Below are positions 18,962 to 28,933 of a stretch of DNA of 46,495 nt, piece by piece. The notes under the pieces are model-generated. The model did not search any database. It saw nothing but the letters and a program-made list of their open reading frames with translations, and was not told the DNA's origin. Location of the stretch: contig LFSG01000004.1 in assembly GCA_001512685.1 (NCBI GenBank), positions 1 through 46,495 on the forward strand, in the 5' to 3' direction. Both the position numbers and the translations under genes were made by a program. Source of the DNA: Clostridiales bacterium DTU072. Its GTDB lineage: Bacteria; Bacillota; Clostridia; Christensenellales; DTU072. Position 1 is the stretch's first letter. Each line of letters opens with the position of its first letter.

Positions 18962-19247
18962 ATTTACCTCCGATTTTCATTTATTATATAACTTAAACCG
19001 TTTATTAGCAAGTTTTTGCGGTTATAAATATCAAATAATGCCCTTTGCGCTTGCCTTCGCAAAAACATATATATATCGGACTGCGCCGTTAAGCGTTAAA
19101 ACGCAAAAAGAAGCGTCAAACAGCAAAATAAATAATATTTTTATAATTTTTGCGTTCTTTATAATACTTGACTTAAAGCCAAACCAAGTGATAGCATATA
19201 AGTTACTGATAAATTCATTTTATCAAATAAAAAAATGAGGTCTGTTT

Positions 19248-21926
19248 ATGGGATTTTTTGCCAGACTGTTCAAAAGAGAAAAAGAAAGACAACTTAAAAA
19301 ATTGTCTTTGATAGCCGATCAAATAGAAGAGCTTGAAGAGCGCTACCAAGCCATGAGCGACAAAGAGCTTGCAGCTCAAACTCAGATTTTCAAGGAAAGG
19401 TATAAAAACGGGGAAAGTTTGGACGATTTGTTGCCCGAAGCCTACGCCGTAGTTCGGGAAGCCAGCAAAAGGGTGCTGGATATGCGGCATTTTTATGTGC
19501 AGCTTATCGGCGGAATCGTATTGCACCAAGGCAGAATAGCCGAAATGAAAACCGGCGAAGGCAAAACGCTTGTGGCTACCCTTCCCGCTTATTTGAACGC
19601 TTTGACGGACAAGGGCGTGCATATCGTTACCGTCAACGATTATCTTGCCAAACGCGACGCCGATTGGATGGGCAAGGTGTTCAGATTTTTAGGAATGAGC
19701 GTGGGCTGTATTTTGCACGGCATGGATATAGACGCAAAAAAAGAAGCGTACGCCTGCGACATAACCTACGCCACAAATAACGAATTGGGATTTGACTATC
19801 TTAGGGACAATATGGCCACAAAACTTGAGAATGTCATGCAAAGAGAACATTATTTCGCCATAATTGACGAGGTGGACTCCATTCTTATTGACGAGGCGCG
19901 CACGCCGCTCATAATTTCCGCTCCCTCCGAAAAGTCTTCCCAGATTTACGCCGACGCCCAAAAATTTATCAGAACGCTGAGAGAAGACGATTATATTCTG
20001 GACGAAAAGGACAAACACATTTATTTGTCCGAGCAAGGAGTTGCCAAGGCCGAAAAGTTTTTCCAAATCGCCAACCTCGGCGACGCCGAAAACGCCGAGC
20101 TCAATACCCGCATTAATTCCGCCTTGAGAGCCAATTTCATAATGACGCGGGATAAAGATTATATCGTGGAAGGCGACGAAGTAATCATTATCGATGAATT
20201 CACTGGGCGAAAAATGAAAGGCAGAAGGTTTTCGGAAGGCTTGCACCAAGCCATAGAAGCCAAAGAGAATGTGAGGATTAAGAAGGAAAACAAGACAATC
20301 GCCACCATAACTTTCCAGAATTTATTCAGGCTTTACCATAAACTGTCCGGCATGACGGGCACGGCCATGACCGAGGAAGCCGAATTTAAGGGCATATATA
20401 ATCTTGATGTGGTGGAAATCCCCACCAACGAAGAAATGATAAGGATAGACGAGCCCGATAAGATATACCTTACCATGGACAGAAAATTTAAGGCGGTAGT
20501 GCAAGACATCAAATCATGCTACGAAAAAGGCCAGCCCGTTCTTGTGGGCACAATAGACGTGGATGTGTCCGAGCTGTTGTCCAAGATGTTGACAAAAGAA
20601 AGGATTCCGCACAATGTGCTTAACGCCAAAAGGGATAAAGAGGAAGCCGAGATAATAGCTCAGGCGGGCAGGCTTAAAGCCGTTACCATTGCCACCAACA
20701 TGGCGGGCAGAGGCACGGATATTCTGCTTGGCGGCAACCCCGAATATATGGCAAGGCAAAAAATGGTCAAAGAAGGCTTCAGCGAAGAGCTTATAAATAT
20801 CGCCACCGCTTATAACGCGCTTGAGGACGAAGAGCATATAAAGGCGCGTCAAAGGTTTAATGAGTTAAAACAAGAATTTAAGAAGCACACCGACAAGGAA
20901 AAAGAGGAAGTAAAAAAGCTGGGCGGGCTTAGGGTGATAGGCACCGAAAGGCATGAGTCCAGAAGAATAGACAATCAGCTTCGAGGCAGAGCGGGCAGGC
21001 AGGGAGACGAAGGCAGTTCGTGTTTTTATCTGTCTTTTGAAGACGAATTGATGAGACGATTCGGCGGGGACAGAATGAAGTCCATGATGGACGGCTTTAT
21101 GAAAGAAGAAGACGCGGTAATACAAATTCCCTTTGTTTCAAGGCAAATAGAAACCGCTCAAAAAAGATGCGAGGACGCCAACTTTGAAAGAAGAAAATAT
21201 GTGCTCAATTACGACGACGTCATGAATAAGCAGCGTCAATTGATTTATTCGCAAAGAAACGAAGTGCTGAGAGGCGCCGACGTGCATGAGCAAGTGCTTA
21301 AGTATATTCCCGATGTCGTTCAAAGCATACTCGCCGAATACCTTGATTTTTCGTCGGGAGACGAAACTTCCATTGATTATGAGGGCGTGAACAGGGCTTT
21401 GGAGCAAAGGCTGCTTAAGCCCGGCACCAATATTGTTACCCGAGAGCTGTGCGGGCATTTGAATATCGGATTGGTCGCCGAAACCGTGGAAAAGGAAGTT
21501 ATCAGGCAGTATGAGGAAAAAATGGCCTATGCCGAAGAAAACGGCATAGATTTCAGAGCCACCGAAAGAAACGTGCTGCTCAATCAAGTGGATAAGCATT
21601 GGATGGACCACATAGACGCCATGGACGTATTGCGCAAAGGGATAGGCCTTAGAGGATTGGGGCACAAAGATCCCGTGCTTGAATACCGCAGGGAAGGCTT
21701 TGAGATGTTTGACGACATGATAGAGTCCATCCAAAAAAGCGTGGTTATAATACTTTGCAAATTGGATGTGCATCAAGTTGTGGAGAGAAGAAACGCTTAT
21801 ATCGCCCAGCAAGCCGCCATTAACAGCAGAGTAACGGTAAGACGGGACAAATCCGCCGAGGTGGGCAGGAATTCGCCCTGTCCTTGCGGCTCGGGGAAAA
21901 AATACAAGCATTGCTGCGGAGGTTGA
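19248..21926 (+). CDS. secA: Preprotein translocase ATPase SecA
   Basis: EMKTGEGKT, DEVDSILIDEARTPLIIS, ATNMAGRGTDI, GRAGRQGD, C-terminal CPCGSGKKYKHCC. Confidence 0.98.
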   Translation: MGFFARLFKREKERQLKKLSLIADQIEELEERYQAMSDKELAAQTQIFKERYKNGESLDDLLPEAYAVVREASKRVLDMRHFYVQLIGGIVLHQGRIAEMKTGEGKTLVATLPAYLNALTDKGVHIVTVNDYLAKRDADWMGKVFRFLGMSVGCILHGMDIDAKKEAYACDITYATNNELGFDYLRDNMATKLENVMQREHYFAIIDEVDSILIDEARTPLIISAPSEKSSQIYADAQKFIRTLREDDYILDEKDKHIYLSEQGVAKAEKFFQIANLGDAENAELNTRINSALRANFIMTRDKDYIVEGDEVIIIDEFTGRKMKGRRFSEGLHQAIEAKENVRIKKENKTIATITFQNLFRLYHKLSGMTGTAMTEEAEFKGIYNLDVVEIPTNEEMIRIDEPDKIYLTMDRKFKAVVQDIKSCYEKGQPVLVGTIDVDVSELLSKMLTKERIPHNVLNAKRDKEEAEIIAQAGRLKAVTIATNMAGRGTDILLGGNPEYMARQKMVKEGFSEELINIATAYNALEDEEHIKARQRFNELKQEFKKHTDKEKEEVKKLGGLRVIGTERHESRRIDNQLRGRAGRQGDEGSSCFYLSFEDELMRRFGGDRMKSMMDGFMKEEDAVIQIPFVSRQIETAQKRCEDANFERRKYVLNYDDVMNKQRQLIYSQRNEVLRGADVHEQVLKYIPDVVQSILAEYLDFSSGDETSIDYEGVNRALEQRLLKPGTNIVTRELCGHLNIGLVAETVEKEVIRQYEEKMAYAEENGIDFRATERNVLLNQVDKHWMDHIDAMDVLRKGIGLRGLGHKDPVLEYRREGFEMFDDMIESIQKSVVIILCKLDVHQVVERRNAYIAQQAAINSRVTVRRDKSAEVGRNSPCPCGSGKKYKHCCGG

Positions 21927-21929
21927 TAG

Positions 21930-23027
21930 GTGATTGATTTTTATTATCAATATCAGACTTTGGACAGATTAAAGGCCACGCTCAATACTTTGAAAGAGGC
22001 GCTGGACATAGACAGCCGCAAAAAAGAGCTTTCCGAGCTGGAGGCTTTGCAGGAAAAGGAAGGCTTTTGGAACGATATTGAAAACGCGCAAAAGGTAAAC
22101 CGCCAAATCAATGCCCACAGAAAAAAGATTGACAGGTTTGAGGACCTCGACAACAGGGTGAAGGAGTTTTATCAGCTTCTGGAGCTTATCGAGGAAATGC
22201 AGGATGAGGAAGAGGCTCAAAAAGCGTCCAAAGAGCTGACCGTTTTGGAAAAAGAGGTCAACGATTTAAGAATAGAGGCTTTATTGAAAGGCAAATACGA
22301 TAATCTCGACGCCATACTTACTCTGCACGCGGGAGCGGGCGGAACGGAAGCGCAGGATTGGGCGGATATGCTTTACAGAATGTATACAAGATACGCCGAA
22401 AGGAAAGGCTATCAGATAAAGGAATTGGATTTTCTCGACGGCGACGAGGCGGGCATAAAAAGCGTTACCTTTCAAATCAGCGGCGAAAACGCATACGGCT
22501 ATTTGAAAGCCGAAAAGGGAGTGCATCGCCTTGTCAGAATAAGTCCTTTCGACGCCAATAAAAGGCGGCATACCTCCTTTGCTTCCCTTGAAGTGATGCC
22601 CATAATCGAAGACAATGAGGAAATCAAAATCAATCCCGACGAAATCAGAGTGGATACTTACAGAAGCGGGGGCGCGGGCGGGCAGCATGTCAATAAAACC
22701 GATTCCGCCATAAGAATAACCCACTTGCCCACGGGAATAGTGGTGCAGTGTCAGAATGAACGCTCGCAATTGCAGAATAAAGAAACGGCTATGAAAATGT
22801 TGATATCCAAATTGGCGGAAAAGAGAGAGAGGGAGAAGCTGGAAGAAAGCCAAAGCATAAAAGGCGACCTTAAGAAAATTGAATGGGGCAGTCAAATCCG
22901 CTCGTATGTGTTTTGTCCTTACACCTTGGTTAAGGACCACCGCACGGGGTTTGAGAACACCGACGTAAACGCTGTGATGGACGGGGATATTGAGGATTTT
23001 ATTTTGGAATATCTTAAAAGGTCGTAA
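21930..23027 (+). CDS. prfB: Peptide chain release factor 2 (single uninterrupted ORF)
   Basis: GGTEAQDW, SPF anticodon motif, GGQ, WGSQIRSY; downstream of secA. Confidence 0.97.
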   Translation: MIDFYYQYQTLDRLKATLNTLKEALDIDSRKKELSELEALQEKEGFWNDIENAQKVNRQINAHRKKIDRFEDLDNRVKEFYQLLELIEEMQDEEEAQKASKELTVLEKEVNDLRIEALLKGKYDNLDAILTLHAGAGGTEAQDWADMLYRMYTRYAERKGYQIKELDFLDGDEAGIKSVTFQISGENAYGYLKAEKGVHRLVRISPFDANKRRHTSFASLEVMPIIEDNEEIKINPDEIRVDTYRSGGAGGQHVNKTDSAIRITHLPTGIVVQCQNERSQLQNKETAMKMLISKLAEKREREKLEESQSIKGDLKKIEWGSQIRSYVFCPYTLVKDHRTGFENTDVNAVMDGDIEDFILEYLKRS

Positions 23028-23038
23028 GATAAACTGAT

Positions 23039-24091
23039 ATGGATTATAACGAAAAGATAAAAACGAAGATTGAGCAATTAAAAAACAAAGAGGATTTTTT
23101 GATTCTTGCCATTGAGACAAGCTGCGACGAAACGGCGGCGGCAGTAACAAGAGGCAGGAAGGTTTTGTCGAATATCATATCTTCCCAGATAGACATCCAT
23201 AAAAGATTCGGTGGAGTGGTGCCAGAAATCGCTTCCAGAAACCACATTCTTGCCATTGACAATGTGATTGAGGAGGCATTAATATCGGCAGGGGTTCAAT
23301 TGAAAGACATTTCGGCGGTGGCGGTAACATACGGCGCCGGCCTTTTGGGGGCGCTTTTGGTGGGAGTATCTTACGCCAAGGCTTTAAGCTACGCCCTGGA
23401 ATTGCCGCTGATTGGCGTAAACCATATAAAAGGGCATGTCTTCGCCAACTTTATTGACAGCGATAAATTGAAATTTCCTTTTTTATGCCTTTTGGCAAGC
23501 GGGGGGCATACCGAAATATTAAAGGTAAACGGATACTTTGACACCCAAGCTTTGGGAAAAACAACCGACGATGCCGCCGGCGAAGCGTTCGACAAAGTGG
23601 CCAGAGTACTGGGTTTGCCTTATCCCGGCGGCCCCGAAATAGAAAAATACGCCCAAAAAGGGCAGAATAATATCTTTATGCCCAGAGCGTATAAAGGCGA
23701 AAGCCATTTGAATTTTTCTTACAGCGGACTTAAGACCGCGGTTATTAATTATGTGCATAACTCCAAAGCAAGGGGACAAACAATTAATCCTTACGATGTG
23801 GCTTGTTCTTTTCAAACCGAGGCGGTGGGGGCGCTGATTGATAACGCCATCAGAGCGGCAAAAAGAGAAAATATGCCTTGTATCGCTTTGGCGGGGGGCG
23901 TGGCCGCCAATACCGCCTTGAGGGAAGGGCTTAAGGCGGCGGCTGAAAGAGAAGGCATAGAAGTGTTCTTGCCTTCCAAGAAATTATGCACCGATAACGC
24001 CGCCATGATAGGGGTGGCCGCGCATTTCGCCGTAAAAGAAGGCAAGGGCGGGGAAGATTTGTATTTTGACGCAAACGCCGCTTTGGAATAG
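23039..24091 (+). CDS. tsaD: tRNA N6-threonylcarbamoyladenosine transferase TsaD
   Basis: IETSCDET, GGVVPEIASRNH, HxxxH, SGGHT, DDAAGEAFDK, TDNAAMI. Confidence 0.96.
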   Translation: MDYNEKIKTKIEQLKNKEDFLILAIETSCDETAAAVTRGRKVLSNIISSQIDIHKRFGGVVPEIASRNHILAIDNVIEEALISAGVQLKDISAVAVTYGAGLLGALLVGVSYAKALSYALELPLIGVNHIKGHVFANFIDSDKLKFPFLCLLASGGHTEILKVNGYFDTQALGKTTDDAAGEAFDKVARVLGLPYPGGPEIEKYAQKGQNNIFMPRAYKGESHLNFSYSGLKTAVINYVHNSKARGQTINPYDVACSFQTEAVGALIDNAIRAAKRENMPCIALAGGVAANTALREGLKAAAEREGIEVFLPSKKLCTDNAAMIGVAAHFAVKEGKGGEDLYFDANAALE

Positions 24092-24316
24092 TTTTTTTGT
24101 AATTAATTAAAAGAATTTTTTATATTGAGATTAATTAAAGATAATTTATATAGGTTATTTGTTATTTGTTTTTTCGGTTTTTTACCTTCCATATTGTTTT
24201 TACGGTATTGAGCAGATTTTTAATGGCGAAAATCAAAAGTTGTTTCGTGGTATATTGAATAACTTTGACGCTAAGGCTAATAATACTGTAAAACTTAAAA
24301 AAGGAGAATAGTTGTT

Positions 24317-25573
24317 ATGAGTTTTAATCCGTTTAACGAAAAACCCATGAAGTACGACGAAACCGTAATGGATTGGAAAGGCATGTATCCGAAGTCTTAC
24401 GATAAGGACACCGTCGACCCTTATACAAAGCTGAGGATTATTCTTATGAACGGCGCGGAATATGAGGAAGTTTGGTTTGGGCATCATTTTCACAGACATT
24501 GTCAAGATAACGATTTGCGCAGAGAATTGGGGCTGGTGAGAAGAATCGAACAACAACAGCAGAAAAAAGTAAGTTGTATGAAGCCCATTAGCGAAAATAT
24601 CATTGAACAGACAATAGGCTATGAGCATCTCGCGGTGGATTTAACGGCGATATTGGCGGGCAGGGAAAAAGACCCCAATGTAAAAATGGCTTTGGATTTC
24701 GCTCTGCTTGAGGACTTTGACCACCTATACAGATATGCTGATTTAATGGACCTTGAATACGGCGTTCACGCCGAAAAGCTTGTGGGAAATCTCGCGGAAA
24801 TAATGCCGGGCAGGCCCACCATTTCCGAACATAGATACGCTTACGACGACATTAAGCGCCCTATTGTAGATAAAAACGCCGACCCCATAACCAAGCTGAA
24901 TATCGCGATAATCACCGCCGCCGAGCAGCAAACCATGAATTATTATATGAATCAGGCGGCTTTCTACAATACCGATTTGGGCAGGCAATTGTACGCCGAA
25001 ATAGCCATGATAGAAGAACAGCATGTAACTCATTACGGCAGTCTTAAAGACCCCAACAGCACCATGCTGGAATGCTGGCTTAATCAAGAATATACCGCAT
25101 GCTATTTGTATTATTCTTGTTATCAAGACGAAACTTGTCCCGAAACCAAAAAAGTTTGGGAACAGTTTTTGAATATAGAGCTGCAGCATTTGCATAAAGC
25201 CGCGGAGTGTTTGAAGAGATTTGAGAATAAGGAATGGCAGCAGGTTATACCCAAAGGGGAATTCCCGCAGCTGTTGAAATTTACCTCTCAAAAAGATTAT
25301 GTAAGGGATGTGTTAAAAAATACCGTTTATCTGACCGGGCATAAAGAAGCTTATGAGGATGTCAACAACCTGCCCGAAGATTATGAGTTCTTCAAATGGC
25401 AAAACATTGTAAACAACAATGTAAACCATGTTCCCAGCCATATAGTTATCGACAATTATATCCGCAAGCAGGGGCATGACTATCGCTATCAAGATTCTCC
25501 CCATCCCGTAAAAGAACTGCAGGACCGCAAAAAAGACAATACCGAGGTGGGCAGGTTCCGCTCAAAGAATTAA
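24317..25573 (+). CDS. Uncharacterised protein with tandem ferritin-like (E...ExxH) motifs
   Basis: SD AAGGAG; EDFDH, EEQH, ELQH and EQQQ motifs, each preceded about 30 aa earlier by a Glu-containing helix. Confidence 0.65.
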   Translation: MSFNPFNEKPMKYDETVMDWKGMYPKSYDKDTVDPYTKLRIILMNGAEYEEVWFGHHFHRHCQDNDLRRELGLVRRIEQQQQKKVSCMKPISENIIEQTIGYEHLAVDLTAILAGREKDPNVKMALDFALLEDFDHLYRYADLMDLEYGVHAEKLVGNLAEIMPGRPTISEHRYAYDDIKRPIVDKNADPITKLNIAIITAAEQQTMNYYMNQAAFYNTDLGRQLYAEIAMIEEQHVTHYGSLKDPNSTMLECWLNQEYTACYLYYSCYQDETCPETKKVWEQFLNIELQHLHKAAECLKRFENKEWQQVIPKGEFPQLLKFTSQKDYVRDVLKNTVYLTGHKEAYEDVNNLPEDYEFFKWQNIVNNNVNHVPSHIVIDNYIRKQGHDYRYQDSPHPVKELQDRKKDNTEVGRFRSKN

Positions 25574-25596
25574 GGCGGTAAATAAAGCAAAAAATC

Positions 25597-25620
25597 AAGC
25601 CGAGCTTTTAAGCTCGGCTT
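25597..25620. terminator. Intrinsic terminator between convergent genes
   Basis: AAGCCGAGCTT-TT-AAGCTCGGCTT hairpin, A-rich 5' flank. Confidence 0.75.
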
Positions 25621-25624
25621 ATAA

Positions 25625-27274
25625 TTATACATATTTTCGTATGCTGTAAAAAATATTTCTGATGTGGTCGCTTATCCTTTCAAGGTTGCTTACCAAGCTG
25701 ATAAAAATCGCTCCCGATAGAGCCGAGCAAACGCCTTTGCCCAATCTCTTTATGTGGGTGTCGGTGAGCTGCTGTTTAAGCGTATCCACTTCGTCTTCCA
25801 GCTTGTTGACATCTTCAAGCAAGGATAAATCCAAACGGCTGAAACCGTCTATTGATAAAGAATACAGTTTATCCATGACATTAATGACGGTTTTTATTTC
25901 GCTGAGCGCTTCTTCGGAAAACTTGAGCCCTTCCACATCCAAGCGCTCGGCATATTCCATGATGTTTTCGGCGTAGTCGCCTATTCTTTCGATATCGCTG
26001 ACCACATGATAGTAAGAGCCCACAACCAATTTGTCCTCAAAGGATATGGGCAGCGCCGATATCTTTGTCAAGTTCAAGGGGATTTCCCTGTTCAGCCAAT
26101 CTATATATTCTTCGCGTTCTGTGAATTCGTCCAGCTGTTTAAGGTTTATTTCGCATACCGCCTTAACAGCTATATCAAGATTGGCTTTTGACATCTCCGC
26201 CATCCTCAAAAGCTCTTTTTTGATTTGTTCCACCGCGAAAGTGGGGGAAGATTTTAATATCCTTTCATTGATATATTTAAGCTCGTATTGGGATTTTTTC
26301 TCCTTGCCTTTTGGCATAATCAATAAAGAAAGCGCTACTATTTGTTTAATGAAAGGCAAAAGAATTAATGTGACGCTTACATTGAAAAGAACATGGAAAG
26401 CGGCTATTTGCGCCGCCGCTCCCTTGGCGGAAAGAATGGAGGCGACGGCGTTCAGCATGTTCACCACTCCGTTGCGAATAACCGAAAATGACAGCAAAAC
26501 AAAATATATTATCATGCCCGCCAAATTAAACATCAAATGGATAAGCGCCGCCCTTTTGGCGTTGACATTGGCGCCTATAGAAGCCAATAAGGCGGTAACG
26601 CAGGTGCCCACGTTTATGCCCAAGATAACGAACATGGCTTTTTCTATGTCAATCAGTCCCGAAAAAGACAAAGCTATCAATATACCCGTGGTAGCCGATG
26701 AGCTTTGCACAATCGCGGTAACAATCAATCCTATCAATACCAGCAAAAACGGGTTGGCGGTAAGCTGAAAGAAATGACGAACGCTTTGCATTTGGGCAAA
26801 CTTCCCCATAGCCCCGCTCATTACCAAAAGACCTGTAAAAATCATGGATAAATAAATTATTATTTTCCCCATGTCGCGCGCTTTGCGTTTTTTGGAAAAC
26901 ATTAAGATAATGCCGATAAGGCCGGAGGCCGCCACAAATTCCATTATGGGAAGGGAGATAATAACCGCCGTTATCGTTGTGCCGATGTTGGCTCCCATAA
27001 TAATGGCGGTAGCTTGATGCAAATTCATTATTCCCGCGTTGACAAGACCTATTACCATTACGGTGGTGGCAGAAGAGCTTTGTATAACGGCCGTAACGCC
27101 CGCGCCTATTCCCACGCCTAATATCCTGTTGTCCGCCGATTTGCTGAAAACCTTTCTCAGCCGCCTTCCCGTTTGCTTTTCGAGGTGGCCGCTCATGGCG
27201 TTCAAGCCGTACATGAAAATGGCCAGGCCGCCCAGCATAATTAAAATATTGGCGATTAAATCCGAAACCCCCAT
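25625..27274 (-). CDS. Na+/phosphate cotransporter family protein with C-terminal PhoU domains
   Basis: Two QSSSATT and GANIGTT/GINVGT repeats; DIERIGDYAENI and NLERISDH PhoU repeats; likely start ATG 27274. Confidence 0.93.
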   Translation of the reverse strand: MGVSDLIANILIMLGGLAIFMYGLNAMSGHLEKQTGRRLRKVFSKSADNRILGVGIGAGVTAVIQSSSATTVMVIGLVNAGIMNLHQATAIIMGANIGTTITAVIISLPIMEFVAASGLIGIILMFSKKRKARDMGKIIIYLSMIFTGLLVMSGAMGKFAQMQSVRHFFQLTANPFLLVLIGLIVTAIVQSSSATTGILIALSFSGLIDIEKAMFVILGINVGTCVTALLASIGANVNAKRAALIHLMFNLAGMIIYFVLLSFSVIRNGVVNMLNAVASILSAKGAAAQIAAFHVLFNVSVTLILLPFIKQIVALSLLIMPKGKEKKSQYELKYINERILKSSPTFAVEQIKKELLRMAEMSKANLDIAVKAVCEINLKQLDEFTEREEYIDWLNREIPLNLTKISALPISFEDKLVVGSYYHVVSDIERIGDYAENIMEYAERLDVEGLKFSEEALSEIKTVINVMDKLYSLSIDGFSRLDLSLLEDVNKLEDEVDTLKQQLTDTHIKRLGKGVCSALSGAIFISLVSNLERISDHIRNIFYSIRKYV

Positions 27275-27398
27275 ATTATTATTGTAATTTATTTTGCCTT
27301 TATTAGTCAAAAGATATCGCATAAAAGCCCATTTTGTTGTTTATTTTGCGGGGCGGCATACATAGAATATAACAAGAGACAAAATAAATTGCTTTAGG

Positions 27399-27692
27399 AT
27401 GAAGAATATGTTCGATATAGTATTTGTGCCGTTAATTATCGTAACGGTATATTGGATAATGAATTTATATAAATATATTGTTAAACATAAGGAAAAATAT
27501 GTAAGGTTGATTCCCGTATTGGCGGCTCCGTTGGGCGCCATTTTGGGCGTGACGCTGTTTTTTGCCGCGCCCGAGCTTATGCCCGCCAAAAATGTGGTTA
27601 TGGCGTTTATGATAGGCGGGGCAAGCGGACTTGCGGCCACGGGCACAGATCAGATCTTTAAACAGATGAGCAAAACCGATTTTGACGAATAA
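27399..27692 (+). CDS. Small membrane protein, phage-holin-like
   Basis: 97 aa, about 3 TM helices, IPVLAAPLG..LG and GGASGLAATGTDQIFKQ resemble Firmicute phage holins. Confidence 0.6.
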   Translation: MKNMFDIVFVPLIIVTVYWIMNLYKYIVKHKEKYVRLIPVLAAPLGAILGVTLFFAAPELMPAKNVVMAFMIGGASGLAATGTDQIFKQMSKTDFDE

Positions 27693-27747
27693 AAGCTTTT
27701 ATTTTTGACGGCTTTATATCAAGCCGCCGATATAGTATAATGTTGCC

Positions 27748-28218
27748 ATGGCAAACGAGTATTATTTCAACTCTCCGATAGGATTGTTAAAAATGGAGAC
27801 CGAAAACGGCTTTATCGTTTCCTTGCGCTCCGTCGCCTCTATGCCCCGCGATTTTTCGCAAAGCTCTTTGGACGATATCGCGCTTAAAGCTTTTAGTCAA
27901 TTGAAAGAATACTTTAACGGCCAAAGAAAGTATTTTGATTTGCCCATAAAAGCGGAAGGCTCTCCTTTTTGCCGAAAAGTGTGGCAACAGTTAAGAAAAA
28001 TACCTTACGGCAGTACGGCAAGTTATTCTGATATAGCGTCGCTGGCGGGAAATCCCAAAGCCGCAAGAGCGGTGGGAAGGGCTTGCAATAAAAACCCCGT
28101 TTTGATACTTATCCCTTGCCACAGGGTTGTGGGCAAAAACGGAAATCTTACCGGATTCGCTTGCGGCGCAGACAAGAAAAAATTGTTGCTTGATATCGAA
28201 ATTAAAACTCGTTCATAA
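27748..28218 (+). CDS. ogt: Methylated-DNA--protein-cysteine methyltransferase
   Basis: IPYG, ARAVG, IPCHRVV active site. Confidence 0.95.
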   Translation: MANEYYFNSPIGLLKMETENGFIVSLRSVASMPRDFSQSSLDDIALKAFSQLKEYFNGQRKYFDLPIKAEGSPFCRKVWQQLRKIPYGSTASYSDIASLAGNPKAARAVGRACNKNPVLILIPCHRVVGKNGNLTGFACGADKKKLLLDIEIKTRS

Positions 28219-28933
28219 ACCATCTGTACTTTTTGGGGGCGTAATGTCTTTGCAATACGGGATTATGCCTTTCTTCTATTGAAACATTATTGAAATACTC
28301 CCTCCACAGCTCGGCGAACTTCAGCTGGTCTTCGCTTAAGGCAACAGTGAATCTTGGGGGAGCGGTAAAAGTATAGCTTTTGTCGCCGTCATAGTAGGCC
28401 ATCTTTTTTCTTTTCAGGTCGTGCAATACAAATTTCTGGTCGTTGAACCTTATTCTGAAATGAGGAAGCAGCAATTCCAAAATATCGTTGTCGGGGCCGA
28501 AGAAAGCGTAATATACGCCGTTTTCCGTTTGGGCGAAACGAATAAACCCCTTCATTCTGTGAGCTTCCCTGCGCACTTTGTTTAACATATCCCTGAAGGC
28601 TATCACCGTTGAGTGGGAAAAAAGTGTAAGTGCTTTTTTGCCTTGAGCAAAAAGCAATTTAAGGTAATCAAAGAGCTTTTGCTCTTTATTTTTGTCGCCG
28701 CTTAAATACGCGTCGGCAATTTCTTTATACGCCGTTTTCCCTGCTTTTTTCATTATGCCTTCTCTGACCTTTGCGGCCAGCGCGGTATCCGTTTCAATTC
28801 TTATGCCATAGTCAAGCATTGTTACGCTTTCGGCGTCCGAGGTAATCTTTTCGGCGTCCTTATGCCCGTAATAGGCGTGATAGACGGCGGTAAGAAAAGC
28901 CGCCAAATTGTTTTCGACGACAAGTATTTTCAT
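28202..28933 (-). CDS. TIGR03915/DUF4130 putative DNA metabolism protein
   Basis: EAHRMKGFIRF, HF..RF..Q.F..HD..R, LW..YF..V.I.ER.N..LQ...PK.Y; coupled to the radical SAM gene. Confidence 0.88.
   Translation of the reverse strand: MKILVVENNLAAFLTAVYHAYYGHKDAEKITSDAESVTMLDYGIRIETDTALAAKVREGIMKKAGKTAYKEIADAYLSGDKNKEQKLFDYLKLLFAQGKKALTLFSHSTVIAFRDMLNKVRREAHRMKGFIRFAQTENGVYYAFFGPDNDILELLLPHFRIRFNDQKFVLHDLKRKKMAYYDGDKSYTFTAPPRFTVALSEDQLKFAELWREYFNNVSIEERHNPVLQRHYAPKKYRWFMNEF

Noticed and set aside
21138-23150. Long minus-strand ORFs (270 and 289 aa) and similar antisense ORFs across the window
   Set aside because: They lie opposite conserved genes (secA, prfB and others), lack RBS and motifs, and are explained by codon bias
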